This document shows, piece after piece, positions 27,461 through 35,441 of a stretch of DNA of 64,000 nt. Origin of the DNA: an uncultured Candidatus Saccharibacteria bacterium (GTDB lineage Bacteria > Patescibacteriota > Minisyncoccia > Portnoybacterales > UBA2143); NCBI GenBank assembly GCA_964403725.1, contig CAYOHI010000002.1, positions 21,644 to 85,643 of the forward strand, read 5' to 3'. The stretch's first letter is position 1. Every line of letters begins with the position of its first letter. Below the pieces are notes generated by a model. That model did no database searches and was not told the origin of the DNA. It saw only the letters and a program-made list of their open reading frames with translations. The position numbers and the translations under genes are program-made.

Positions 27461-28531
27461 ATGAGTGAATTCCAAAAAAAACTTGATGATATTTTAGATA
27501 ATGCGATCAAGGATGGAGCTAGTGATGTTCATCTTTCAGCTGGCCGGGCGCCAACATTCAGGGTGCATGGCTCTCTGATTACTTATGATAAATATCCCGT
27601 TTTGTCAAAAGAAGATACCGAGCAGCTTGCCTTCATTATCCTTCCTGAAGAGCGTAAAGAACAATTTTTGAGCCAGAGAGATATTGATCTATCTTACTCC
27701 CATCAGGATAAAAGCAGATTCAGGGTTAACGTCTATCATCAATTAGGCAGTATTAGCATCGCCATGCGTCTGATTCCTAATAAGATTAGGACAATCGATG
27801 AATTGAACCTACCGGCTGCTATTCATAATTTCAGCAGCGTGCCTCAGGGATTCTTCTTGGTAGTTGGTCCTTCTGGCCAGGGTAAATCAGCTGCTTTGGT
27901 AGCCATGGTTGATGAGATAAACCACACTCGCCAAGATCACATAATTACCATTGAAGATCCGGTAGAATATCTATTCAAGCAAGACAAGTGCATTATTGAC
28001 CAGCGTGAAGTTGGTGAAGATGTCCAGAACTTTCACCGTGGTCTAAGAGAGGCTCTGCGCCAAGATCCAGACGTAATTATGATCGGTGAAATGCGTGATC
28101 CAGAAACTATCAGCAGCGCTGTCACTGCAGCTGAAACAGGTCATCTGGTTTTGGCTACCCTGCATACCAATACGGCTGCCCAGACAATTGACAGGATTAT
28201 CGATAGCTTTCCTCCTCACCAACAGAATCAGATCAGAATACAATTATCATCAACTATTTTAGGCATTCTTTCCCGTCGTTTAATTCCTTGCCTGAAAGGC
28301 GAAGTAATTAACGCAGTTGAATTGATGATCGCTAACTCAGCTGTCAGGAATCTAATTAGGGAAGGAAAAACGCATCAGATTGATATGATTATTGAAACTG
28401 GTTCTGAAGAAGGAATGATTTCTTTAAACCGTTCTTTGGCTGATTTGGTTAATAACGGAATGATAACTAGAGAACATGCTGAGATGCATTCAACTAATAT
28501 TAATGAATTAAGAATGTTACTGAGACAATAA
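27461..28531 (+). CDS. pilT: type IV pilus retraction ATPase PilT
   Basis: ASDVHL, GPSGQGKS, TIEDPVE, LRQDPD, AAETGHLV, AVRNLIRE. Confidence 0.93.
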   Translation: MSEFQKKLDDILDNAIKDGASDVHLSAGRAPTFRVHGSLITYDKYPVLSKEDTEQLAFIILPEERKEQFLSQRDIDLSYSHQDKSRFRVNVYHQLGSISIAMRLIPNKIRTIDELNLPAAIHNFSSVPQGFFLVVGPSGQGKSAALVAMVDEINHTRQDHIITIEDPVEYLFKQDKCIIDQREVGEDVQNFHRGLREALRQDPDVIMIGEMRDPETISSAVTAAETGHLVLATLHTNTAAQTIDRIIDSFPPHQQNQIRIQLSSTILGILSRRLIPCLKGEVINAVELMIANSAVRNLIREGKTHQIDMIIETGSEEGMISLNRSLADLVNNGMITREHAEMHSTNINELRMLLRQ

Positions 28532-28539
28532 TATAGATT

Positions 28540-29745
28540 ATGAAATTTAATTATATTGTCAGAAACAAGGAGGGTGAAACGCAATCAGGAGTAATAGAGG
28601 CTATTAATAAGCAGACTGCCTTAAAGGCTCTTCAAGATCGCGATCTTATAATTGTCAGACTTCAAGGAATTGACGAAGGTCCTCTTTTTTCCAAAAGGAT
28701 TAAGTTTTTTGAGAGAGTTAAGCGTAAAGAAATCTTTGTTTTCTTTCGCCAGTTGGCTATTTTAGTTGACGCTAACGTTCCTTTGGTTCAATCTTTAAAA
28801 TCATTGGGCAAACAGGTTGATAGTGAGTACTTTAAGGAAATTATTTTAGAAGTAGCTAATGATATTGATGGCGGAGAAGCTTTTTCCAAGGCTTTGTCAA
28901 AATATCCAAAAGTTTTTTCCAAGTTTGCCATTAACCTGATGAAAACAGGCGAGGTCAGCGGACGCCTTCAGGAATCATTGATTTATTTAGCTGATCATCT
29001 TGAGAATGAATATTATTTAATTTCAAAAGTTAGAGGGGCTATGACTTACCCTCTTTTTATTATGGGTGCGTTTTTAATTATCGGCGTATTGGTGATGGTT
29101 TTAGTTATTCCTCAATTAACTTCCATTTTAACAGAAGCTGGACAGGAGTTGCCTTGGTCGACTAAAATTGTCATTTTTTTAAGTGAAGCTACTAGGAAAT
29201 GGGGCTGGTTGATGTTACTTGCTAGTATTGCAGCCTTTATTGCTTTCTGGAGGTATAAGAGCACTCCTAAGGGCAGGGCTATCTGGGATACGGTCAAGTT
29301 AAAAATCCCAATTTTTGGCAAAATTCTTCAAAAGACATACTTGGCTCGAATAGCTGATAACTTGAGCGCTTTAATTAAAGGGGGCGTTTCAGTTATCCAG
29401 AGCCTGAATGTTTCTGGGGAAGTGGTGGGCAACTCTGTCTTCAAGGCTATTCTTTTCCAAGCCAGGGATGAAATTAAGGTAGGACGGACTATTAGCTCTT
29501 CTTTAGAACAGCATGAAGAATTTCCTCCTTTATTCACTCAGATGATAAAGACCGGAGAACAGACTGGCAAGTTAGACAGTATTTTAGGAAAGTTAAGTAC
29601 GTTTTATAATAAAGAGGTGGCTAATGTAGTTGATAATTTAAGTCAATTAATCGAACCGCTTCTACTTGTAATGCTGGGCATTGGAGTAAGTATTTTGGTA
29701 TTTTCAGTATTTATGCCTATTTATAATCTAGCTGGAGGAATGTAA
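28540..29745 (+). CDS. pilC: type IV pilus platform protein PilC/GspF
   Basis: FFRQLA, GEVSG, AMTYP, GEQTGKL, LIEP. Confidence 0.95.
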   Translation: MKFNYIVRNKEGETQSGVIEAINKQTALKALQDRDLIIVRLQGIDEGPLFSKRIKFFERVKRKEIFVFFRQLAILVDANVPLVQSLKSLGKQVDSEYFKEIILEVANDIDGGEAFSKALSKYPKVFSKFAINLMKTGEVSGRLQESLIYLADHLENEYYLISKVRGAMTYPLFIMGAFLIIGVLVMVLVIPQLTSILTEAGQELPWSTKIVIFLSEATRKWGWLMLLASIAAFIAFWRYKSTPKGRAIWDTVKLKIPIFGKILQKTYLARIADNLSALIKGGVSVIQSLNVSGEVVGNSVFKAILFQARDEIKVGRTISSSLEQHEEFPPLFTQMIKTGEQTGKLDSILGKLSTFYNKEVANVVDNLSQLIEPLLLVMLGIGVSILVFSVFMPIYNLAGGM

Positions 29746-29782
29746 AAATTAAAGGTCGGGGTTAATTAAAACAAGGGGAAAA

Positions 29783-30232
29783 ATGTTAAAAATCTTAAGA
29801 CAAAAAAATAGAGGTTTTACGTTGATTGAACTATTGGTAGTTATTGCCATTATTGGAACATTAGCTACTGTTGTTTTAGTTTCTTTAAATGAAGCCAGGA
29901 GCAAAGCGCGTGATGTTAGGCGATTGGCTGATTTAAGGCAACTGGCTTTAGCTTTGGAATTGTATTATGATACTAGTGGTGCCTATATTGATTCCGGTGG
30001 AGTATGTGTCGTGGCCAATGAAGCGAATATGGGCGATCTGACACCTGACTATATCGGCTCCATGCCAGCTGATCCGGGAGCGACTACTGAATATTATTAT
30101 GGAGCAGCTACTGATGAGCAAGCATATGTCTTGCGAGCAGTAATGGAAGGAACCGTGCCAGATGGCTCTTATACGGTTGATGAGTTCGGCTGTAGCTGTG
30201 ATCAGGCCAGTGAATATTGTATCAGGCCATAA
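29783..30232 (+). CDS. type IV prepilin
   Basis: RG|FTLIELLVVIAIIG; C-terminal CSCDQASEYCIRP. Confidence 0.92.
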   Translation: MLKILRQKNRGFTLIELLVVIAIIGTLATVVLVSLNEARSKARDVRRLADLRQLALALELYYDTSGAYIDSGGVCVVANEANMGDLTPDYIGSMPADPGATTEYYYGAATDEQAYVLRAVMEGTVPDGSYTVDEFGCSCDQASEYCIRP

Positions 30233-30305
30233 ATTAATTATTGGTTAACAAAGGTCGAGTAATTAGATTTTAAATTTCATCTATTTACGAAAGGGGGTGA
30301 AAAAA

Positions 30306-30758
30306 ATGATAAAGTATTTTCACGAAAAGAAAGTCCAGAAAGGTTTTACATTGATTGAACTATTAGTAGTTATCGCTATTATTGGTGTATTGGCTACTAT
30401 CGTATTAGTTTCTCTTAATACAGCTCGAAGCAAGGCACGTGATAGTCGAAGGGTTAGTGATATGAGACAGTTGGCTTTGGCTTTAGAGATGTATTACGAT
30501 GATAATGATGCTTATATTGATTCAGGTGCAGCATGTGTGGCAGCAACTGAAGCTAACTTAGGCGGCCTAACACCTGACTATATGGGAACTCTACCATCAG
30601 ATCCAGGAACAGGCTCATATTCTTACGGAGCAGATGCTACTGAACAAGACTACGTTTTAAGAGCAGTAGTAGAAAACTCTTTGCCTGATGGCTCTTATAC
30701 AACGGATATTTACGGTTGTAGTTGTGACCAAGCAACAGAATATTGTATTAGGCCTTAA
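30306..30758 (+). CDS. type IV prepilin (tandem paralog, candidate major pilin)
   Basis: KG|FTLIELLVVIAIIG; strong AAGGGGGTG SD; C-terminal CSCDQATEYCIRP; long 3' hairpin. Confidence 0.92.
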   Translation: MIKYFHEKKVQKGFTLIELLVVIAIIGVLATIVLVSLNTARSKARDSRRVSDMRQLALALEMYYDDNDAYIDSGAACVAATEANLGGLTPDYMGTLPSDPGTGSYSYGADATEQDYVLRAVVENSLPDGSYTTDIYGCSCDQATEYCIRP

Positions 30759-30767
30759 TTAGTTTTT

Positions 30768-30842
30768 AAACAGTCTGGTAACCAGAGACCTCATGAGATA
30801 ATGGAGGAATTATCTCGTGGGGTTAGGGTTGTCAGACTGTTT
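30768..30842 (+). other. long intergenic RNA stem-loop between pilin and prepilin peptidase
   Basis: 16-bp + 15-bp helices with G-U pairs on the plus strand; loop GGAGGA. Confidence 0.7.
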
Positions 30843-30851
30843 GCTTCTATT

Positions 30852-31592
30852 ATGTTTTTAATTATTTTCATTTTAGGCTTGTTAATTGGCAGTTTTCTTA
30901 ATGTAGTAATTTGCCGATTGAAAATTAAGCAGACAATTCTTTTTAATCGTTCCTATTGTCCGAAATGCGGGAATGTTTTGAAATGGCATGATCTGATTCC
31001 CTTATTCAGTTTTTTGATTCAAAAAGGGAAATGTCGCTATTGCGGGAAAAAAATTAGCTGGCAATATCCTTTGGTTGAATTGGCTACGGGACTGTTATTC
31101 GTTTTAGTTTTTTACAAGTTTTTTCCTGATTATTTAAATTTGACCTATCACTTGATTATTGTTTCATTTTTAATAATTGTTTTTGTTTATGATTTAAAGC
31201 ATTATTTAATTCTTGATAAGATTGTTTTTCCAGCAGCAGTTATTGTCTTTATTTATCAGATTATAAATGGTAATTATTTCAATCCCTTATTAGCTGCAAT
31301 ATCAGCCAGTGGATTTTTCTTAAGTTTGGTTCTTTTTTCAAAAGGAAAATGGATGGGTTTAGGAGATGTAAAATTCGCTTTTTTCATGGGCTTGTTTTTA
31401 GGTTGGCCGAATATTTTATTGGCTTTGCTTTTATCTTTTGTTTCAGGAGCTATTATTGGTATAGTGTTAATTTCTTTTGGCAAGAAGGGAATTAAATCTG
31501 AAATTCCTTTTGGGCCCTTTTTGGTCGGAGCAACTGTTTTGACAATGTTTTACGGGGGAGATATAATTAGAATGTATTTAGGTTTCTTGTAA
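30852..31592 (+). CDS. pilD: prepilin peptidase PilD (A24A, with Zn-binding N-domain)
   Basis: GSFLNVVI, RSYCPKC, LIP, CRYC, YD, GMGLGDVK-like, IPFGPFL. Confidence 0.95.
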   Translation: MFLIIFILGLLIGSFLNVVICRLKIKQTILFNRSYCPKCGNVLKWHDLIPLFSFLIQKGKCRYCGKKISWQYPLVELATGLLFVLVFYKFFPDYLNLTYHLIIVSFLIIVFVYDLKHYLILDKIVFPAAVIVFIYQIINGNYFNPLLAAISASGFFLSLVLFSKGKWMGLGDVKFAFFMGLFLGWPNILLALLLSFVSGAIIGIVLISFGKKGIKSEIPFGPFLVGATVLTMFYGGDIIRMYLGFL

Positions 31593-31622
31593 TTTAATAT
31601 TTAAATTGATAAAATTAGGCTT

Positions 31623-32105
31623 ATGAATAAAAAAATATATACAATTCTTTTTTTAATAGTTGTTTTGTTTCTTGGTGGATATTATTATTTCTACTTCCAG
31701 AATTCAGAAGTAAAAACACAAGATGATCAGAATGAAGTAGTCCAAGAAGAACAAAACGGAGAAGTTGAAGTATCAGGGGGTGGCGAATGTCCAATTGGGG
31801 TTAATAGGATTATTGATGGTGCTTTTCAAAAAACTGAAGATGGTTTTATCTATCTCCAAATTGAAGGTCAAGATTCTGTAGAGATGATTAAAGTAACGGA
31901 TGATACTTCTTTCTTGAAAATAGATCTTACATCATCAATGGATGTTATTGATCAATCAAATATCACTGTGGACGAATTAGGGGAAGGAAATCAGCTTTCA
32001 GTCATATCTCTTTGCAATGAGTGTGCTGAAAATGAGGAGGGATGTATTGAAGAAAAAACAGCTTTAACAGTCAGATATATGAATGTTGAAGGCGAAAGGG
32101 AATAA
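31623..32105 (+). CDS. membrane-anchored acidic hypothetical protein
   Basis: N-terminal TM helix, acidic extracellular beta-rich domain with four Cys. Confidence 0.7.
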   Translation: MNKKIYTILFLIVVLFLGGYYYFYFQNSEVKTQDDQNEVVQEEQNGEVEVSGGGECPIGVNRIIDGAFQKTEDGFIYLQIEGQDSVEMIKVTDDTSFLKIDLTSSMDVIDQSNITVDELGEGNQLSVISLCNECAENEEGCIEEKTALTVRYMNVEGERE

Positions 32106-32107
32106 AT

Positions 32108-32515
32108 ATGATGACTAAAATAAAAGGCAATACTTTAAAATTTTCTTTTAATCTCAAAGATTATCCGTTAGAAGCTCTTTACGGAGCAGCCTATGTCTTT
32201 CTTGATAAAGTCTATTTGTTTTTAAACAGTAAGCCTAAAGAAAAGATAGAGGTTTCTCTAAAAGGCAAGAAAAAGTTAAGTAAAAAACAATTAGAGAAAT
32301 TAAAGGGGGAGTTCTTAAACGAACTCTTTAATTATACTATCAGGATTAAGATGGCCAAGGGTAATCGGAAAATTAGGGAATTTATCATTGGCCAGGCTTT
32401 AATTTCGGCTTATGGCAGCGAGTCCAATCAGGAAGATGAAATGAAATATAAGGATGATCCTTTAGGTATCGCTATGTCTTGGGAGGATAAGTACGAGAAA
32501 AAAGGCAAGAAATAA
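32108..32515 (+). CDS. hxsD: His-Xaa-Ser system protein HxsD
   Basis: YPLEALYGAAY, EFLNELFNYTIR, IREFI..AL; upstream of hxsB. Confidence 0.8.
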   Translation: MMTKIKGNTLKFSFNLKDYPLEALYGAAYVFLDKVYLFLNSKPKEKIEVSLKGKKKLSKKQLEKLKGEFLNELFNYTIRIKMAKGNRKIREFIIGQALISAYGSESNQEDEMKYKDDPLGIAMSWEDKYEKKGKK

Positions 32516-32718
32516 TGCAGATAAAATTTAATAAAAAAATATACAGCTTAAAAGCTATAAAATTAGCCATTAAAGACTATCAGGGATTGGCTGATTTTAA
32601 TTTGGAGAAAAAAGGAGAATATATTTTAGTTAAATTAACTAAAATTGACAAAGAATACAAAGGAATAATTAAAGATGAATTCTGTAATTATATCCTTTCT
32701 TTAATGAAAACAGATTAA
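32515..32718 (+). CDS. short HxsD-like protein
   Basis: KKIYSLKAIKLAI...DEFCNY resembles the HxsD core; translationally coupled. Confidence 0.65.
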   Translation: MQIKFNKKIYSLKAIKLAIKDYQGLADFNLEKKGEYILVKLTKIDKEYKGIIKDEFCNYILSLMKTD

Positions 32719-32721
32719 TTT

Positions 32722-34173
32722 ATGTCCCTTGATTCAGATAAAATTAAATACAACCAATTAGGATTCTTTCGTTTTAAAGAGTTCAAGAATAAATATCTTT
32801 TAACCAATGATGTTGGTCAATATTTATTTTTAACAAAAAAGGAATTTAAAAGTTTCTTGGAGAATAAATTGGAAAAAGATAAAGAGCCATATTTGTCTTT
32901 GAAAAAAAAGAATTTTCTAAAAAACGAATTAGACTTAACAGAATCAATTGACAGATACAGGTCAAAGAAGGATTTTCTTTTTGGCGGACCTAGTTTGCAT
33001 ATTATAGTGGTAACCTTGAGATGTAACCATAGATGCGTTTATTGCCATGCTAGTGCCCAGGCTATGGACAAAGAAGAGCTTGATATGGATGAAGTAACAG
33101 CCAGAGAGACAGTTGATAAGATTTTTGAAACAACTAGTCCCTTTGTAGCCATTGAATTTCAAGGCGGTGAGCCATTAGTCAATTGGCCAATAGTCAAATT
33201 TATTATTGAATATGCCCAGAAGAAGAACAGGAAAATAAAGAAAGATCTGGAGTTGCGCTTGGTCTCTAATATGTCTTTGATGACTAAGGAAAAATTTGAT
33301 TATTTGATCAAGAAAAAGGTGAGTATGTGTGTGTCTTTAGATGGATCTGAGAAAATACACAACAAAAACCGACCCTTGGTAGGCGATAAAACTGGGAGTT
33401 ACAAACATGCAGCCAAATGGGTTAAGAAATTCTATAAGCTCTATCCTCAATTGAGAAAGAAAGGATATATTTTCAAAATGGGCGTGGCTATTACAGTCAG
33501 TCGATTTTCACTGCCTCATTACAAGAAAATGGTTGATGAATTTATGAAATTGGGCTTTAACGATATTTACTTGCGTCCTCTAAATCCTTTCGGCTTTACT
33601 AAAAATCATTTTCAGAAAATCGGCTATGGCGTTAAGGATTACATGAAATTCTATAAAGGTGCTCTGGATTACATGATTGATTTAAACCTTAAGGGTAAGG
33701 AATTCAAGGAAAAAACAGCAATTACTTTTCTGACCAAAATTTTAACCAGAAATGATCCTAATCACTTAGATTTTCGCTCTCCTTGCGGAGCAGGTATTGG
33801 TCAATTAGCTTATAATTATAACGGAGATGTCTATACTTGCGATGAAGGAAGAATGCTATCTATGATGGATGATGAAAGTTTTCGTTTAGGCAATGTTAAA
33901 GAAAATACTTATCAGGAAATGGTAGGTAATCCAGTAGTTAGAACGATGTGCACAGCCTCTTGTTTAGAAGGCTTGCCTCATTGCAGTGATTGCGTTTACA
34001 AGCTCTATTGCGGGGTCTGTCCGATTTATAATTATTTTGAACAGGGTAATATTTTTGGCCAGATGCCGACTAATGAAAGATGCCAGATAAATATGGCTAC
34101 TTTGGATTTATTATTTGAAAAACTGCAAGATAAAAAAGCAGGACCTGTTTTGAAGTCTTGGCTGGATAAATAA
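32722..34173 (+). CDS. hxsB: His-Xaa-Ser system radical SAM/SPASM maturase HxsB
   Basis: FFRF...YLLTNDVG N-domain, PSLHIIVVTLRCNHRCVYCHAS, IEFQGGEPL, RSPCGAGIGQLAYNYNGDVYTCDEGRM, CxxC..YCGVCP. Confidence 0.92.
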   Translation: MSLDSDKIKYNQLGFFRFKEFKNKYLLTNDVGQYLFLTKKEFKSFLENKLEKDKEPYLSLKKKNFLKNELDLTESIDRYRSKKDFLFGGPSLHIIVVTLRCNHRCVYCHASAQAMDKEELDMDEVTARETVDKIFETTSPFVAIEFQGGEPLVNWPIVKFIIEYAQKKNRKIKKDLELRLVSNMSLMTKEKFDYLIKKKVSMCVSLDGSEKIHNKNRPLVGDKTGSYKHAAKWVKKFYKLYPQLRKKGYIFKMGVAITVSRFSLPHYKKMVDEFMKLGFNDIYLRPLNPFGFTKNHFQKIGYGVKDYMKFYKGALDYMIDLNLKGKEFKEKTAITFLTKILTRNDPNHLDFRSPCGAGIGQLAYNYNGDVYTCDEGRMLSMMDDESFRLGNVKENTYQEMVGNPVVRTMCTASCLEGLPHCSDCVYKLYCGVCPIYNYFEQGNIFGQMPTNERCQINMATLDLLFEKLQDKKAGPVLKSWLDK

Positions 34174-34181
34174 GTTTTGTG

Positions 34182-34226
34182 TTATCCACAGGCGGATTAG
34201 TTTTATTTAAAAAATTTTGCTATAAT
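34182..34226 (+). promoter_or_regulatory. hxsA promoter: extended -10 with upstream DnaA-box 9-mer
   Basis: TTATCCACA at 34182-34190; TGCTATAAT at 34218-34226, 11 nt before ATG. Confidence 0.6.
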
Positions 34227-34237
34227 AAAGTAAATAA

Positions 34238-34558
34238 ATGAAAAAGACAAAATTACCTCAAATCAAGAAAGACATTAAGGCTTTCTTAACGAGCGAAGAA
34301 GGAAGGATAAATAAAAAGAAAGTAGCCAAAGTGGCTATGGGTCTTTTGGCTTTAGGAGTTGGTTTAGCTGGTGCTATGAAGCCAGATCCAACTTCAGCTG
34401 CCTGTTCTCATGCCTCTCACGGCTCACACGGATCCCATAGTTCCCACGGATCCCACGGCTCTCACGGCTCACACGGTTCTCATGGAAGTCATGGATCACA
34501 TGGTAGTCACGGCTCACACGGCTCACACGGCTCACACGGATCTCATAGTAATTATTAA
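34238..34558 (+). CDS. hxsA: His-Xaa-Ser repeat precursor peptide (HxsA-type)
   Basis: 57-aa leader/hydrophobic segment, then 15 HxS triplets (13 HGS, HAS, HSS) and HSNY; adjacent to hxsB. Confidence 0.92.
   Translation: MKKTKLPQIKKDIKAFLTSEEGRINKKKVAKVAMGLLALGVGLAGAMKPDPTSAACSHASHGSHGSHSSHGSHGSHGSHGSHGSHGSHGSHGSHGSHGSHGSHSNY
34409..34543 (+). repeat. 9-bp coding tandem repeat (CAY GGN TCN/AGT) x15
   Basis: Read directly from sequence; synonymous variation among units. Confidence 0.95.
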
Positions 34559-34571
34559 TCTATAAATCATT

Positions 34572-35441
34572 ATGGGTTTTCTAAAAGAAAACAAATTATT
34601 AATAGGAATAGTAGTAGTGGTTTTGGTAGTTGTTGCTGGAATGGCAGCAATTTTTAATTGGCAAAAAACTCATCTTCCTCTAGATATTTCTCCAGAAGGA
34701 GTGAAAGCTAAATGTATTGAAGATATTACAGATATGACTGATGATGAATTAATCAATGAAGTTGATAGCTTGAAATATCCGGGAGAGGAAATATCTCCAG
34801 GAGAAACTAGAATGAATTACGGTCATAAGAATATTGTTAATTATTTAATCTGTAGATCAGTTAATGATGAAAATTACAGTAGAGCAAAAAGCTATATAGA
34901 AGGAGTGAATATCCAGGAGGAAAATAGAAAGGTGTCATTAAGTCGATTAAATGAGACTTACAATGAAGAAAATATGAATTTTTTAGAGTTATTAGCTAAT
35001 GGTAATTTAGATGATAACTGTCCTGATAAATTATCAAATCTTTGTCTTGAGAAAGCTAAGAATATATTAGGTGTTAATGAAAAAGTAGAAGAAGATTGTA
35101 ATAATATATGTGAAATTGCCAAAAATTCAAGCGAAGATGAATATTTAGAGAGCAAATTATTGAATTTAATTACTCCATCAGATGTCATATTCTACCCAGA
35201 ATCAATTATTGACGATTCTAATAAGATCATATCTCCAGAGTGGATATACGCCATAATATATAGATACAAGAAAGAAGAAGGAATACTAAAGACATGTGAA
35301 GTATTCGAGGGTGATCAAAAGAATGAATGTCTATCTTATGCAAATGATATTATCGATAGAATCAAAAAAACTGAAGGTGATTGTAGTTCTATTAGAGAAG
35401 ATTTAAGTCAGGTTATTTGTGATATTGTTGATGATAAATGA
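34572..35441 (+). CDS. membrane-anchored Cys-rich acidic protein, hypothetical
   Basis: N-terminal TM helix; about 10 Cys in a helical extracellular domain; 13 nt after hxsA. Confidence 0.75.
   Translation: MGFLKENKLLIGIVVVVLVVVAGMAAIFNWQKTHLPLDISPEGVKAKCIEDITDMTDDELINEVDSLKYPGEEISPGETRMNYGHKNIVNYLICRSVNDENYSRAKSYIEGVNIQEENRKVSLSRLNETYNEENMNFLELLANGNLDDNCPDKLSNLCLEKAKNILGVNEKVEEDCNNICEIAKNSSEDEYLESKLLNLITPSDVIFYPESIIDDSNKIISPEWIYAIIYRYKKEEGILKTCEVFEGDQKNECLSYANDIIDRIKKTEGDCSSIREDLSQVICDIVDDK

Noticed and set aside
27461-28531. PilT as inactive because Walker A reads GKSAA
   Set aside because: GxxGxGKS, Asp box, Walker B, His box and AVRNLIRE are all intact.
30801-30851. N-terminal extension of PilD
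   Set aside because: Falls in the long hairpin; hydrophobic PilD N-terminus begins at 30852.
34182-34190. DnaA box as replication origin
   Set aside because: Single box in a 64-bp gap, with no box cluster and no dnaA/dnaN nearby.
34409-34543. Tandem repeat as a possible CRISPR array
   Set aside because: 9-bp in-frame coding units with no spacers; no cas genes in the window.
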